56,778 nucleotides of DNA from a virus (IMGVR_UViG_3300028840_002119:1-56778); one strand, 5' to 3'; shown: positions 44,213 through 54,175, numbered from the stretch's first letter. The notes: generated by a model from the sequence alone, not told the origin. A program made the numbers and translations.

Positions 44213-45184
44213 CTAATCCACCGCGTCACTGATGAACAGACCTGCGTCTGTCGCCAGCCCTTTGATGTCGTAGTGCGCGAAGCCTTCGATCAACCAGCCC
44301 TTCTCACTCAGCGGCTCGCGGCGTTTGCGAATGTACCGCATCCCGCCATACAGCGTGCGCCAGTAGAAGGTATAGAGGGCCGATGGCATCCGCAGACCTG
44401 GGCGCGGAGCGACGTAAGCGAGGAAGGCGTCATCGTCATAGGCCGCTGTATAGGTCACGCTAGCTTCAGCAGTGCCTTCAGGGTCGGACGTGTAGACCAC
44501 GCTACCGACGATGACCTTATCCAGTTCGAGCAACTGCGCTAGGAGATTTGGCGTCACCTTTGCCGGACGGTCATTCGACGCGCCGTACTGGATGCGTTCG
44601 AGCAGCTTCGGGTGATCTGCTAAAACGTCCCACGTCAAATCACCCAAGACCAGGGTGTTAGGACTGCGGCCCAGGATTGCGCGGCGGATGATGCGCTTCC
44701 ATTCGCGGATGTTGGCAATCGGCTCTGACGTGGCCAGGGTGGACCATTTCGTGAAGTCGGTTGTGCCAACCTTGTCCGTACCCCAGACGCCAGTCTTCCA
44801 ATAGTCGGTGATGAACGACAACTCGTGCTCCAACTGCAACTGGTCAGTAACCCATTCCGTTGAATCGTTCAAGCCATTGAACGGAGTGTCCTCGTTGGCG
44901 ATCTGCGCGTCTGGAACGATGTCGCCAACGCTGCGCTCGTAGCAGAAGTAGTTGTCAGTGCCCACTTCGTACCCACCGATCGGGGCAGGCTGAAGCGGAG
45001 CGGTCCGCTGGGCAACACTGCGCGCCCAGAAGGATTTAGTATAAACGGGAATTAGATCGCTTTGCTTGTTCACCCCAACAGGCGGCGAAATTTGATCTGC
45101 GATATAAATCTCGTTTTTGTAGCGTACAGAGACGTTCGTGAGAATCCGGTCTACATGAACGTCCCCAACTCCTGGTTGTGACAT
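44213..45184 (-). CDS. Major capsid protein (gpE-like family)
   Basis: VDRILTNVSVRYKN..YIAD.I.P, PNTLVLG..W..L..HP, GLFISDAV. Confidence 0.85.
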   Translation of the reverse strand: MSQPGVGDVHVDRILTNVSVRYKNEIYIADQISPPVGVNKQSDLIPVYTKSFWARSVAQRTAPLQPAPIGGYEVGTDNYFCYERSVGDIVPDAQIANEDTPFNGLNDSTEWVTDQLQLEHELSFITDYWKTGVWGTDKVGTTDFTKWSTLATSEPIANIREWKRIIRRAILGRSPNTLVLGDLTWDVLADHPKLLERIQYGASNDRPAKVTPNLLAQLLELDKVIVGSVVYTSDPEGTAEASVTYTAAYDDDAFLAYVAPRPGLRMPSALYTFYWRTLYGGMRYIRKRREPLSEKGWLIEGFAHYDIKGLATDAGLFISDAVD

Positions 45185-45202
45185 TATTCGCCTCCCTTAT
45201 CC

Positions 45203-45601
45203 TTACGTCGCCAACTCAGGCGAGATGCAGTCGATAAACGCGGGAATGATGTCACCCGCAGCCGCAGCCGCAGCCAAAGCGCGACCACAAGCATAGTTCG
45301 TGCCAGCGCCAGCAGGGGTCTTTGCTTCCGTTTGGCCATCTGCACTCGTCCCAATAAAAGCGCCGTCAGTGATGGCGGCGTCAGCGTTGACCTTCGATGG
45401 ACCGAAGCCAACAACCTCACACGGTTCCCCCAGGGCTGGCTTGTTCTGCAAGACACCATCAGGGATGTCGGTCGCGGCATTACATAGCACGTATGTACCG
45501 GACGACTTCTTCACCCAATAGAACTGCTTGTCGCTCAAGTCCGCACCTGCGGGAAGCGTGGAATTGAAGAACTGTGGATAGCTGAGTAAGCTCGGCATCA
45601 T
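45203..45601 (-). CDS. Capsid decoration/cement protein (DUF2190-like)
   Basis: GVLQNKP...AITDGAFIGTSADG...GRALAAAAAAGDII. Confidence 0.75.
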   Translation of the reverse strand: MMPSLLSYPQFFNSTLPAGADLSDKQFYWVKKSSGTYVLCNAATDIPDGVLQNKPALGEPCEVVGFGPSKVNADAAITDGAFIGTSADGQTEAKTPAGAGTNYACGRALAAAAAAGDIIPAFIDCISPELAT

Positions 45602-46764
45602 GCACCCCCTCGACTACGTGCTTCCTGTTCGGCGGTATACGCCCGCGCCAATTCCGGTTGAGCAGCCGCGACTGCATCGAGCGCGTCACGATACTCAGTC
45701 TTGGGATGATCTGCCATGTACTGATCGACAGCGCGTTCGAGCTGTGCCGCTGCGCTTCCGGCTGGCGTGCGTTCTGCGCCAAATTCCGTGAAGTAGACTG
45801 AGAACTGCCGATCTGCCTCACGAAGCAAGGTCATAAAGAAGTCGCGATGCGTGCCGTCCACGTCAGCCTCGTGCAGCCAGCGGAGACTCGCGGCCAGCGT
45901 GTTCGTTTGCGCCGGAAGATGCGCGAAGCCTTCGGCCAGCACTGCGTACCGTTCCGTTGCGCGTGCGTCCTGTACTGCCGCCAGTTCCGTTTCGAGCGTA
46001 GTGATCTGGGCAGCGTAGGCGTCACGTTCATCGGTAACGGTCTGCAACGTGGTTGAGAATTGCCCCACCTGCGCCTGCAATGCCTCGAACTGTGCCGCGA
46101 AGTCTTCGGGCAAACCAGCGGGTGGCACTACGGGTGGGGTATCGCCTTGTGGTGCGGAATGAGGGACAATCCGCGCGAACAGATCGCGCCAGAACCTCCG
46201 CTCTTCCTGCACCTGCTCATTTACTTCAGTCATAGGATTACCTCCCTGTAAACGAAAAGCGGGACGCGACATGAGCGAAGTCGCCTCCCCAAAGAAAGGA
46301 TAGTTTGTGAGTGCCCCGCCGCTGATCTGGTTTTTCACAACAGCGCCGGTCTCACGGTCAACCTGTTCGTCGTAAATCTCCACCGAAAAATAACTGAACT
46401 CACCTCCTTCGAGGGCTTCGCGCCCCTTTCTATTCCAGTTGAATGTTGCGCCCACACCTTCAGGCATCGCCATCACCTGGTCGTACCAGCCCAACGCCCG
46501 ACTACCCCAGTGGTCTTCATTTACCGGAAGACGCGCTTGACGCAAGCCGCGTTCTTCCCTGTGTGCGTAGTTGTCCACCATCTGGGCAACCGTGGCGTCG
46601 TCTACAGTCCATACTCGCGTTTTGCCTGAGAACGGATTGCGGCGATGATGCTTACCTTTTGGGTAGATAAGAACAGGCTCGCCCGCGAGTGCCTTACGTG
46701 CTAAAGCGCCGTCATCTGACTGCGCGAAAAGATCAACCGAAAAGATGTAAGGTACGTCTTTCAT
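45598..46764 (-). CDS. Mu-like prohead protease/scaffold
   Basis: PVNEDH..ALGW, WN.KG.EAL.GGEFSYFS.E, GALTNYPF; coiled-coil C-terminus; start at 46764 after AGGAG. Confidence 0.85.
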   Translation of the reverse strand: MKDVPYIFSVDLFAQSDDGALARKALAGEPVLIYPKGKHHRRNPFSGKTRVWTVDDATVAQMVDNYAHREERGLRQARLPVNEDHWGSRALGWYDQVMAMPEGVGATFNWNRKGREALEGGEFSYFSVEIYDEQVDRETGAVVKNQISGGALTNYPFFGEATSLMSRPAFRLQGGNPMTEVNEQVQEERRFWRDLFARIVPHSAPQGDTPPVVPPAGLPEDFAAQFEALQAQVGQFSTTLQTVTDERDAYAAQITTLETELAAVQDARATERYAVLAEGFAHLPAQTNTLAASLRWLHEADVDGTHRDFFMTLLREADRQFSVYFTEFGAERTPAGSAAAQLERAVDQYMADHPKTEYRDALDAVAAAQPELARAYTAEQEARSRGGA

Positions 46765-46774
46765 ACTCTCTCCT

Positions 46775-46821
46775 AAAAAAACCATGCCGGAGCTTTCCCC
46801 AAATCGGAAAAGCCCCGGCAT
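46775..46821 (-). terminator. Leader terminator ahead of the protease/capsid genes
   Basis: ATGCCGGGGCTTTTCC...GGGAAAGCTCCGGCAT followed by GG and T7. Confidence 0.8.
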
Positions 46822-46891
46822 CTTTGTCTCAGTCAGGCTTTACGCTCTAACACGAGCGTCAACAACTAAACAGCGTCAGCCATCTGCTGTT

Positions 46892-46920
46892 AGTATAGCA
46901 CACTTAATTGAGCACTTCAA
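46892..46920 (-). promoter_or_regulatory. Internal late promoter
   Basis: TTGAAG-17 bp-TATACT with TGC extension. Confidence 0.65.
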
Positions 46921-47107
46921 GATTCTCTTGTTTTGCTCCACACAATCAGGTAGCAGGCTTCCTCGCGCCAACCCCCGAGATCGACCTTCCTGAAGGGCGT
47001 CGTGCGGATCAGCGCGTCGATACGCCCGCCATCGAGGATAACGTCTTCTGTTCTCCGCGCCAACTCCGCAGCCGTCAGCCAGCTTGCGTTGATGATGAAT
47101 TGATTTT

Positions 47108-49321
47108 TCACATCCACCCCCATGAACCATCAGGCATCTGCTTTTCCAGGTGACACCTGCAACTACCGTCGCACTCAGTGCCATAGCCTGGAAGCGTGCC
47201 GCGTGTCAGTGATAAGAGCGCGTCCATCGAAGCGTACTGTCGGCCAGGTGGATGATCGCCATAGATCGGACACTCTGTGCAATGCTCTGCCAGGATGTCC
47301 ATCACCCAACGCACCGGACCATCTTCGCCGTCCTGTCGGCGGCGTTGATCTGCGCCTACCCAGATGCTACGCCATACGTGGCCCGCGTACAAAGCGCCGC
47401 GTGAGTAGCCTCGCGTAGCAGCCTTCACCGCATCGGCCACCAGTCCGGCCACGTCGCCGCGCCGTCCTTGCTTCAGCAGCAGCAGAATCGCGGCGATTTG
47501 CCCTTCCAACTCGCCCGCGATGTCTCCGAATAAGGTCGGCTTACCCTGCGGGTTTGTCCGCGCCACCGTCCCACCTGGTCCAAACCCTATCCACTGGTCG
47601 GCCAGTGCAATTTCGTCGGCCAATGCGTTCAGCGCATCCGGCTCAGTCGATTGGCCACCAAACCCCAACCAGAAGGCCGCAACGATGTCCAGCATCGAGC
47701 GTTCGCGGAACAGCAGCAGTCCAGCCAGAATGTAGTCGTCAAGTTTCTGCCCCAACTCCGCGTTGCTGATGTCGCCTTCGAGCTGCGACACTTCCGCGCC
47801 CGTTGAGTTTGTCCACGATTCGAGATTCTCACGCTGCTTCATAGCGTTACGGTCTGCCATCAGCCGATACGTTGTCGGGCGGTTATCTGGAGCTGGCTTC
47901 GTAGCGTAGAAGTGCGCTCGCACATAAGATTCATAATCGCGTTCGGTCAATCCGCGCGCGAAACCCTTGCCAAGATCGAGATCGTGCAGCAGGCGACTGG
48001 CTGACCTTACAGCCTCTTCGTCGGGGACTTCTGGCACGTCGCCTTGATCTTCTTCGTCTTCGACAACCTCTTGACGTTCTGCTACCTCAGTAGGCATACC
48101 TGGCACCAGCGACCGCAAGAATCCTTCCGTTGCGGAATCTGGCGTCAGCAGGTTACGGCCTGTCAAGATACCGAGATACCGCGCTACCGCGCCAAGATCG
48201 AGGGTGCGCGGCGTGGTATGCTCCATCGTGGGCGGCCCGGTCATACCAGGGAAGGAATTCCAACGTAGCAGCGCCGGAATCGCGTAGCGATTGAACTCCT
48301 GGCGGATGTCTGCCAGGTATGCCTCAAGCGCGAGGATAAAGGCATCGAAGAGTGTCCCTGCCAATGATTGCGTTCCCACTCTGCGAAGCCCCTGGAGCAT
48401 GAACTGTGCCAGGATCGCGCGCGCCATTTCGATGTCTTTGCGCATGATCGTGTCACCCATCGTGTTGTCAACGTTCCCTTGCGGTCCGCCAAAGTCCAGC
48501 CCCCAACCATCGGGCAAGGAAGCGCCCATCATACGATCTTCATAGATGGCCTGGATAAGTTGTTCTGCCCGCGCTTCGTCGGAGATCACCCCAGGCTCTA
48601 CATCCTGATTAGACGTTGCGCCAACTGGAAGATGCGCAATAGGGAATCCGGCCCAACGCAGATATAGCCCGCGTCCTTCAATCTGCTCGAACCTGTGCTT
48701 GTACTTGTACGAGCGCACTGCGGCCCGATAGATGCTGACGCCTTCGGGTGCATCGCCTTCGTGCCAGGTACGGAAGTACAAGGAACCTTTCAGCGGGACT
48801 AAAACCTGACGATTGTCCGAAGTGGTCACAAGCGGCCCTTTAATGTCGCCATTCGGCCAATACTCCCAATCGACTAGGGATCGCGGATTGACCATCTCCA
48901 TTTTCTTCCAGCCAACGCGCCCATCGTCGAACTGCGACGTTGCGGCAGTCCTGCGCTTCATCACCATCCAGAACTGTGCCCACCCATAGGGGAACATCAG
49001 GCAAATATCTGAGATGAAGTCGGACAACGAAAGGCTCATATCGTTGAAGCACGACCATACGAAGTCGGCGGCGTCGATGTCCGCCTGCGTCTTTTCTCCA
49101 CCAGGCTCACAGCGCCATTGCACGCTACGAATAGGAAGGGAGAGCACGAGTTGCATCGCCATGCCCGTTGGGTCTGTGCGCCGCATATTGTCATAGGTCT
49201 GGATTGCCATCGGCCCTGAAAGTGTGGCGTCGGTTTCTATGACATGCGCCTCGCCAAACTGTGACCGTCCTGTGACGCCTAACTCCTTGAACGGAGAAGG
49301 TTTTTTCTGATTTTCAGCCAT
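47108..49321 (-). CDS. Portal protein (DUF935/Mu gp29-like) fused to a MuF-like C-terminal domain
   Basis: MFPYGWAQF, PEGVSIYR, EMARAILAQF; C-terminal HCTECP...ECDGSCRCHL. Confidence 0.85.
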   Translation of the reverse strand: MAENQKKPSPFKELGVTGRSQFGEAHVIETDATLSGPMAIQTYDNMRRTDPTGMAMQLVLSLPIRSVQWRCEPGGEKTQADIDAADFVWSCFNDMSLSLSDFISDICLMFPYGWAQFWMVMKRRTAATSQFDDGRVGWKKMEMVNPRSLVDWEYWPNGDIKGPLVTTSDNRQVLVPLKGSLYFRTWHEGDAPEGVSIYRAAVRSYKYKHRFEQIEGRGLYLRWAGFPIAHLPVGATSNQDVEPGVISDEARAEQLIQAIYEDRMMGASLPDGWGLDFGGPQGNVDNTMGDTIMRKDIEMARAILAQFMLQGLRRVGTQSLAGTLFDAFILALEAYLADIRQEFNRYAIPALLRWNSFPGMTGPPTMEHTTPRTLDLGAVARYLGILTGRNLLTPDSATEGFLRSLVPGMPTEVAERQEVVEDEEDQGDVPEVPDEEAVRSASRLLHDLDLGKGFARGLTERDYESYVRAHFYATKPAPDNRPTTYRLMADRNAMKQRENLESWTNSTGAEVSQLEGDISNAELGQKLDDYILAGLLLFRERSMLDIVAAFWLGFGGQSTEPDALNALADEIALADQWIGFGPGGTVARTNPQGKPTLFGDIAGELEGQIAAILLLLKQGRRGDVAGLVADAVKAATRGYSRGALYAGHVWRSIWVGADQRRRQDGEDGPVRWVMDILAEHCTECPIYGDHPPGRQYASMDALLSLTRGTLPGYGTECDGSCRCHLEKQMPDGSWGWM

Positions 49322-49334
49322 GCTTACCTCCTGC

Positions 49335-49350
49335 TATTTCCTGGGAAATA
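49335..49350. promoter_or_regulatory. Noc/parS-like palindrome between the terL stop and the portal SD
   Basis: TATTTCCTGGGAAATA. Confidence 0.75.
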
Positions 49351-49351
49351 C

Positions 49352-51163
49352 TTACGACCATCCAGCACCGAGCTTCTGCAATGCGTCCTGGTTTGGCAGT
49401 GGCGCGGGACGCGGCAATCCATGCGCCGCCATACAGTACAATTCAGCTAGGCTATAGTGGTCTGGACCTAGTTCACGATAGACGGCGACTTGGCCACCGT
49501 CCGGCGTGTCTTCCAATACGCGCACCTGGTTGACCATGTGTGCGTAGTAGTCGCGCACATTGCGAATATGTGCTGGAAGGGTCAGCCCCCCTTCTCCCTC
49601 ACTGGCAGAAATGACGCCTGCCATCAGTGCGTCAAAGCAGCGCGTCCTATCGAGATCGACAACATACTCTTTTTCGTTCAACCTCATTATAGACTCAGTT
49701 TTCAATCCTGCCCTACCGCCAACGAAGTAGGCCAGCCATACGACGCCAGGACGGAATGACGCCTGCAACGATCTGGCCATGCGTGTCTCTGGAAGCGCAT
49801 CGACGACACACGAGCGCACCTTGTACTTCCTCAATAGTTGGGCAACCTCGTCGAAGGTTTCGACTGCACCCGCAAACGCCTGAAGCTGCTCGCCGGTTGT
49901 GCGGTCTACCTGGAGCGATCGGATAACGACGTGCAACATCGCGCCGACGTCTACTCCGGCCACAGTCGCCCCACCAGCAAGAGACGGCCCATGCGCGTAG
50001 TTACGGCGACACCGATCGAGGATAGTTTCGGTCAAGCGCCCGCCGCTGGGTGTGAACGGCTCGCCCAAATCCTGATTGACACACTCGCGGCGTTTCGTCT
50101 CATCAACCGTGTCCAGCGCCCGCACTATTTCGAGTAAGCGCGTCTCATGGCTGAACAGCTTCGTTGGATGATAGCCGACTATCTCACGGCCAGGATGACG
50201 CGCAACCCACTCGCCTTCTCCGAGATGGTTCAATTCGCCGCCGCACTTCACGCACGCGGCCCAAGCTCTACCAGTGCCCTTGCCATGCCACTGAATAGGA
50301 CGACCCAAACCGTCCCAGTCTTCCACGATCATATTTATCTCAAGCGGCTGGCGATGCCCGCAGTGGTCGCAGCGTATGAACCACTCACGCTGATCGGTTT
50401 CCAGCCACTTTGCGTGAATCCCGATACCTGGATAGGTGGGCGTGGAGATCCACCGGACTTCCTTCAAGAATGAGTGCCCCAGACGTTTCACGGCGATGGA
50501 TGGCGCACGCTTGTCCATTTCGTCAACCTCATCCAGTATCAACACGTCTGCATCGATTGACTTCAACTGTGGGGCCATGCCGTCTGTCTTCACGCTTGCG
50601 CCGCGTAGGTACAAATACCTGTCACGCACCCGCTTCAAAGTCACGCGGTCAGTTTTACGGCGACGTTTGCCAGGTTCTAGTTGCGCTTCGCTGATGATGC
50701 GTTCGAGGTAAGGACTCGCGTCGATTGCCGGACCGATGCGCGCCGTAGAGAAGTCGGAGACGTGCGTATCTGTGGGGAAGACATAGAGGACGGTCGCTCT
50801 GCGTTCGTCGGCGGCGTGAATGGCATAGGAGATACCATACTCGCTCGCGCCCCGCTGACTCGCCTTGTAGACCACGACTTCCCGCGCCGTTTCTGCGTAG
50901 ATGTCCAGCAGATAAGGATGATGATCGAGATCGAAGGGCGCGCCTTCTTTCAGGTTTGCCCTTCGCACGATCGTCCACGTCAGCAGGTCGAGCGCGCCGT
51001 TATTCGCCTCCCTCGCTTCGGCCATCATCGCTTGCGCCATCAGCGTTTCCTCTTGCACTGGCGGCAGCGCGTGCGCTTCTGGCACGAATGAGGTTGTCAA
51101 TAAGTCCGCGCCTTGCATCGACATCCAACCCCTCCAACGGATCGGCCTGCGGCCTATCCACAC
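49352..51163 (-). CDS. terL: Terminase large subunit (lambda GpA-like); start uncertain
   Basis: KASQRGASE, LILDEVDEM, ISTPT, CDHCG/CVKCG, GVDVG, DHYSLAELY. Confidence 0.9.
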   Translation of the reverse strand: MWIGRRPIRWRGWMSMQGADLLTTSFVPEAHALPPVQEETLMAQAMMAEAREANNGALDLLTWTIVRRANLKEGAPFDLDHHPYLLDIYAETAREVVVYKASQRGASEYGISYAIHAADERRATVLYVFPTDTHVSDFSTARIGPAIDASPYLERIISEAQLEPGKRRRKTDRVTLKRVRDRYLYLRGASVKTDGMAPQLKSIDADVLILDEVDEMDKRAPSIAVKRLGHSFLKEVRWISTPTYPGIGIHAKWLETDQREWFIRCDHCGHRQPLEINMIVEDWDGLGRPIQWHGKGTGRAWAACVKCGGELNHLGEGEWVARHPGREIVGYHPTKLFSHETRLLEIVRALDTVDETKRRECVNQDLGEPFTPSGGRLTETILDRCRRNYAHGPSLAGGATVAGVDVGAMLHVVIRSLQVDRTTGEQLQAFAGAVETFDEVAQLLRKYKVRSCVVDALPETRMARSLQASFRPGVVWLAYFVGGRAGLKTESIMRLNEKEYVVDLDRTRCFDALMAGVISASEGEGGLTLPAHIRNVRDYYAHMVNQVRVLEDTPDGGQVAVYRELGPDHYSLAELYCMAAHGLPRPAPLPNQDALQKLGAGWS

Positions 51164-51512
51164 TGCCGGAGTGTTGTACCTTCTCCGGCTGATCTAACCC
51201 GAGCAATTTCGAGCGCCGTTCCTCGATTTTGATCATGGTGGCTATCGCCTTCAAGTCACCATCGAGCACCTTGCCCCAAATTGCGTTCAACGCGATGTCC
51301 AGCCGCCGTACCTGCACCTGGATATGTTGGGCGGCGTCTTGTATTGTGTTTTTGCGTAAACGGCCCAGAACAATCGCTACATCGTTTTTGATCGTTCCGA
51401 TTGACACACCGAGAGCTTCGGCCATCTGCCTGTAGCTCAGTCCAGCGGACAAATTTGCGATGACCTTTGCCCTACGTAGCTCCCGTTTTGCCTCGTCCGT
51501 TTTCCTGGTCAT
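51000..51512 (-). CDS. terS: Terminase small subunit-like HTH protein
   Basis: GLSYRQMAEALGVS...ERRSKLLGLDQP; upstream of terL. Confidence 0.75.
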   Translation of the reverse strand: MTRKTDEAKRELRRAKVIANLSAGLSYRQMAEALGVSIGTIKNDVAIVLGRLRKNTIQDAAQHIQVQVRRLDIALNAIWGKVLDGDLKAIATMIKIEERRSKLLGLDQPEKVQHSGSVDRPQADPLEGLDVDARRGLIDNLIRARSARAAASARGNADGASDDGRSEGGE

Positions 51513-51569
51513 TTACGCCTAAAAATTATGGGCCTGTTCAAGTGCGATATGTTCAGACTACTAACCAAA

Positions 51570-51965
51570 CTATAACAATGGGTCTTTTTCGTCTTTTGCC
51601 ACCTGCTTGAAGCGATCATCCGGCCCTGGAAGATCGTCAGGCAGATGCAGCCCAAGCAGTTCAGTCTCCTGCTTGAGCGCCCGTAGAATGTTGTCTGTGT
51701 CACCCTGTGCCCATGCCTGACGACGCGCGGCCCGCAACTCCGCCAGGACGCGCCCCCGTTGGGCGTCTTTGTCGAAAACTTGCGCCCACTCAGCTTCGAG
51801 CGCGGCGATGTCGGCCTCGATGACATCCAGCGGGTAGGGTTCGCCTGTGGACGGGTTTAACATCGTCCGCGAGAATTGCAGCGTAATCTCCGCTGCTTCC
51901 ATACCACGTAAGTATAAGGACCCCACTCGCTGCCGCCGCACTAGGTCTTGAATGGATTCACTCAT
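51570..51965 (-). CDS. Second TerS-like protein
   Basis: RRQRVGSLYLRG...QETELLGL, similar layout to its neighbour. Confidence 0.6.
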   Translation of the reverse strand: MSESIQDLVRRQRVGSLYLRGMEAAEITLQFSRTMLNPSTGEPYPLDVIEADIAALEAEWAQVFDKDAQRGRVLAELRAARRQAWAQGDTDNILRALKQETELLGLHLPDDLPGPDDRFKQVAKDEKDPLL

Positions 51966-52620
51966 CGTCAGGCTCGCGTATCAAGTCAAGTGCTCGCGGA
52001 ATGTTGGCGTGCGGAATATCGAGGAAGGTACACAACAGTTCGAGGGTGCGATGCGGATGCTTGAGCAGGTCAGGGTACGTGATGCCCAAATGTGGAGGAC
52101 ACACTTCGGCAAGGAACTCGTCAACGACAGTGCTATACCGCAGACACAAGTCCCACCATTCGCCCCGCGTGATGTCCGTGTTGCGTTGCTTCACAACTTC
52201 ACGGTGCATCAAGGAAGATATGATGTCACCCCTGGGCCTGCGGACTATGATGTAGGTCGGCTCATGCCCCATTGCGGAGAAGACGGCGTGATACTGCCGG
52301 ACAACCAGGCAAGTCCGTGGGTCTTTGAAGCCCCAATGCGAAAAGCCTGCACGTTTCTGGCAGGCTATTTCGATGGTTTCAATATGGGCCGCGAGTGAGG
52401 TCAGCAGGCGCGGCATAGACGGCGGCCTATACCACGTATGGCCTTCGATCTGCATCAGCGCCTTGTTCACCCGCTTGAAGTCTTCATCCTCGAAATAGCC
52501 TGTCGGATTGAAGGCATCTGGCGGACGCGACTCACCCATATACACGCCCAAACGCGAGAGCAGCCCTGCCGTCAGGCTGGTGCCGCTTCTGTGCATCCCT
52601 AGAATTATGATAGGACTCAT
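51958..52620 (-). CDS. Sulfotransferase-family protein
   Basis: PIIILGMHRSGTS (PAPS-binding loop), NPTGYFED, WGFKDPR, RRP..IISS; ATGA-coupled start. Confidence 0.85.
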   Translation of the reverse strand: MSPIIILGMHRSGTSLTAGLLSRLGVYMGESRPPDAFNPTGYFEDEDFKRVNKALMQIEGHTWYRPPSMPRLLTSLAAHIETIEIACQKRAGFSHWGFKDPRTCLVVRQYHAVFSAMGHEPTYIIVRRPRGDIISSLMHREVVKQRNTDITRGEWWDLCLRYSTVVDEFLAEVCPPHLGITYPDLLKHPHRTLELLCTFLDIPHANIPRALDLIREPDDE

Positions 52621-53363
52621 AGCTTTATGTTTTGCCTCCGTACTACGCTGCGGATCAGCAGCCTCAAAACTTCCTTGCCCTGGGAGTATTTCAGCCAGTG
52701 CCCCCATTTGCGCTTGAGGTATTCAAGCTCCTGGCGATTACGCTCCCCTGTACGCATGTGCGAGTTTCCCCCTGCGTTGTTGAATCTGGCGTGGACGAAG
52801 GCGAAGCGATTGTCCATGAAGATGACGCGATGCTTCAGTAGTACCTGGAGACAAAAGTCAATATCAGCACGCAGCAGCAGGGTAGTATCATAGCGATACT
52901 CGCGCCCAATAATCCCCATCACGCCACCTACCCACGTAGGAAGCACGAAGGGGTCAAATGGCCTAAACTTGCGGACGTCGCCACCGTTCTGCGAGAAGCC
53001 AAAGATAGGCGTACCCAATCCACGCGCGCAAATCTCAGCGTTTTGGAGTATCTGCATCACGGACTCAGTATCGCGCAACATTGCTGAGTGTGATGTCCGT
53101 CCGGCCAGCAGCCTGACTTCGTGAACATCGTCGGCGGCGATCACAACAACTTCATCCTCGAAGTTATCGAGTATCCACTGCTTGAGCGGTCCAATACCGG
53201 CGACACTGGAAGGGTGCGTGACGATCGGTGCGCCTACCTTCTCACACATTGGCGCGTAGTCGTCTTGTTCGGCCTCGTCGATGCACACCGTGGCGCTAGG
53301 GAAGATGCGAAGCGCGTGCCGGCATGACTTTACGCGCTTACGACTTGGGATTACGATTTGCAT
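52617..53363 (-). CDS. GREB1/TAGT-like glycosyltransferase
   Basis: IVIPSRKR, QWILDN, AADDV, ADIDFCLQVL, NAGGNS...LKRKWG. Confidence 0.72.
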   Translation of the reverse strand: MQIVIPSRKRVKSCRHALRIFPSATVCIDEAEQDDYAPMCEKVGAPIVTHPSSVAGIGPLKQWILDNFEDEVVVIAADDVHEVRLLAGRTSHSAMLRDTESVMQILQNAEICARGLGTPIFGFSQNGGDVRKFRPFDPFVLPTWVGGVMGIIGREYRYDTTLLLRADIDFCLQVLLKHRVIFMDNRFAFVHARFNNAGGNSHMRTGERNRQELEYLKRKWGHWLKYSQGKEVLRLLIRSVVRRQNIKL

Positions 53364-54069
53364 TTAGCAGCTCCATCAACTTCGCGCCATCCAGCGCCCG
53401 ACACAAGCCGATCTTCCTGCGGAGCTTCCCCTTACCGCCAGTAATCGAAAACCCTTGTTTTTCCAGTCCAAGCGCGTCGATGACCATCGCCCAATCCCAC
53501 GTATTGCGGAAGAAGAAGACAACATAATCCCAGTGCTCGAATGGCTGTATCGCCATCTCTGGCACTGGGTCAAACGTGAGATCGTCAGCGGGCAAATCTG
53601 CACCATCGTCTTCGAGGTCTTCCATAAGTTGACGGCCAGCAAGCTGCTCTAGCTCGCGATCATAGAAGAAGGCGCTAATATCGACACCTTCATCAACTTG
53701 CGCGATTATCTCGTTGGCGTCATAGGCTAGGTTCAGTTCTGCAACACGATTGTCCGCAATCGCCAACCCCCGCGCCTGCCCGCCATCCGCCTCATGGTCA
53801 AGGTCTTCACGCTGCACGATGACAAGTTCATCCCCTGACGTCTTGACGACACGGATCGGAATCCCCAACTCCTTCTCCGTCCGTATCGTCTTCTCACCGG
53901 CGATGATCTTGCCAGCTCTGTCAATAAGCGCCGAGCGGCCAGGACCAAACCGCACCATACTCTCACGCAGCGCAAACCCACCGCGTTCTGTGCCTTTGTT
54001 TGTGTTGCGTTCATCTTCTGTGATGTCGTCAATCGTTTCGATGTCCACAACTTCAGCGTTTTCTGTCAC
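53338..54069 (-). CDS. ParB-like (nuclease-type) domain protein
   Basis: SMVRFG.GRS..IDR.GKIIAG, LAIADNR.AEL; GTG start with GGAGG SD. Confidence 0.78.
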   Translation of the reverse strand: MTENAEVVDIETIDDITEDERNTNKGTERGGFALRESMVRFGPGRSALIDRAGKIIAGEKTIRTEKELGIPIRVVKTSGDELVIVQREDLDHEADGGQARGLAIADNRVAELNLAYDANEIIAQVDEGVDISAFFYDRELEQLAGRQLMEDLEDDGADLPADDLTFDPVPEMAIQPFEHWDYVVFFFRNTWDWAMVIDALGLEKQGFSITGGKGKLRRKIGLCRALDGAKLMELLNANRNPKS

Positions 54070-54089
54070 CCTTCCACCTCCGCATTATG

Positions 54090-54119
54090 AAAAAACGCTG
54101 AGGGTTTTAGCCTCAGCGT
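54090..54119 (-). terminator. Leader terminator ahead of the modification/packaging operon
   Basis: ACGCTGAGG-ctaaaac-CCTCAGCGT followed by TTTTT. Confidence 0.8.
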
Positions 54120-54141
54120 CTTGTAGCACTAGGCTACACTT

Positions 54142-54170
54142 ATGGTATCAGGTACGGAGATGCCTGTCAA
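54142..54170 (-). promoter_or_regulatory. Late promoter
   Basis: TTGACA-17 bp-TACCAT. Confidence 0.7.
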
Positions 54171-54175
54171 CCTTT

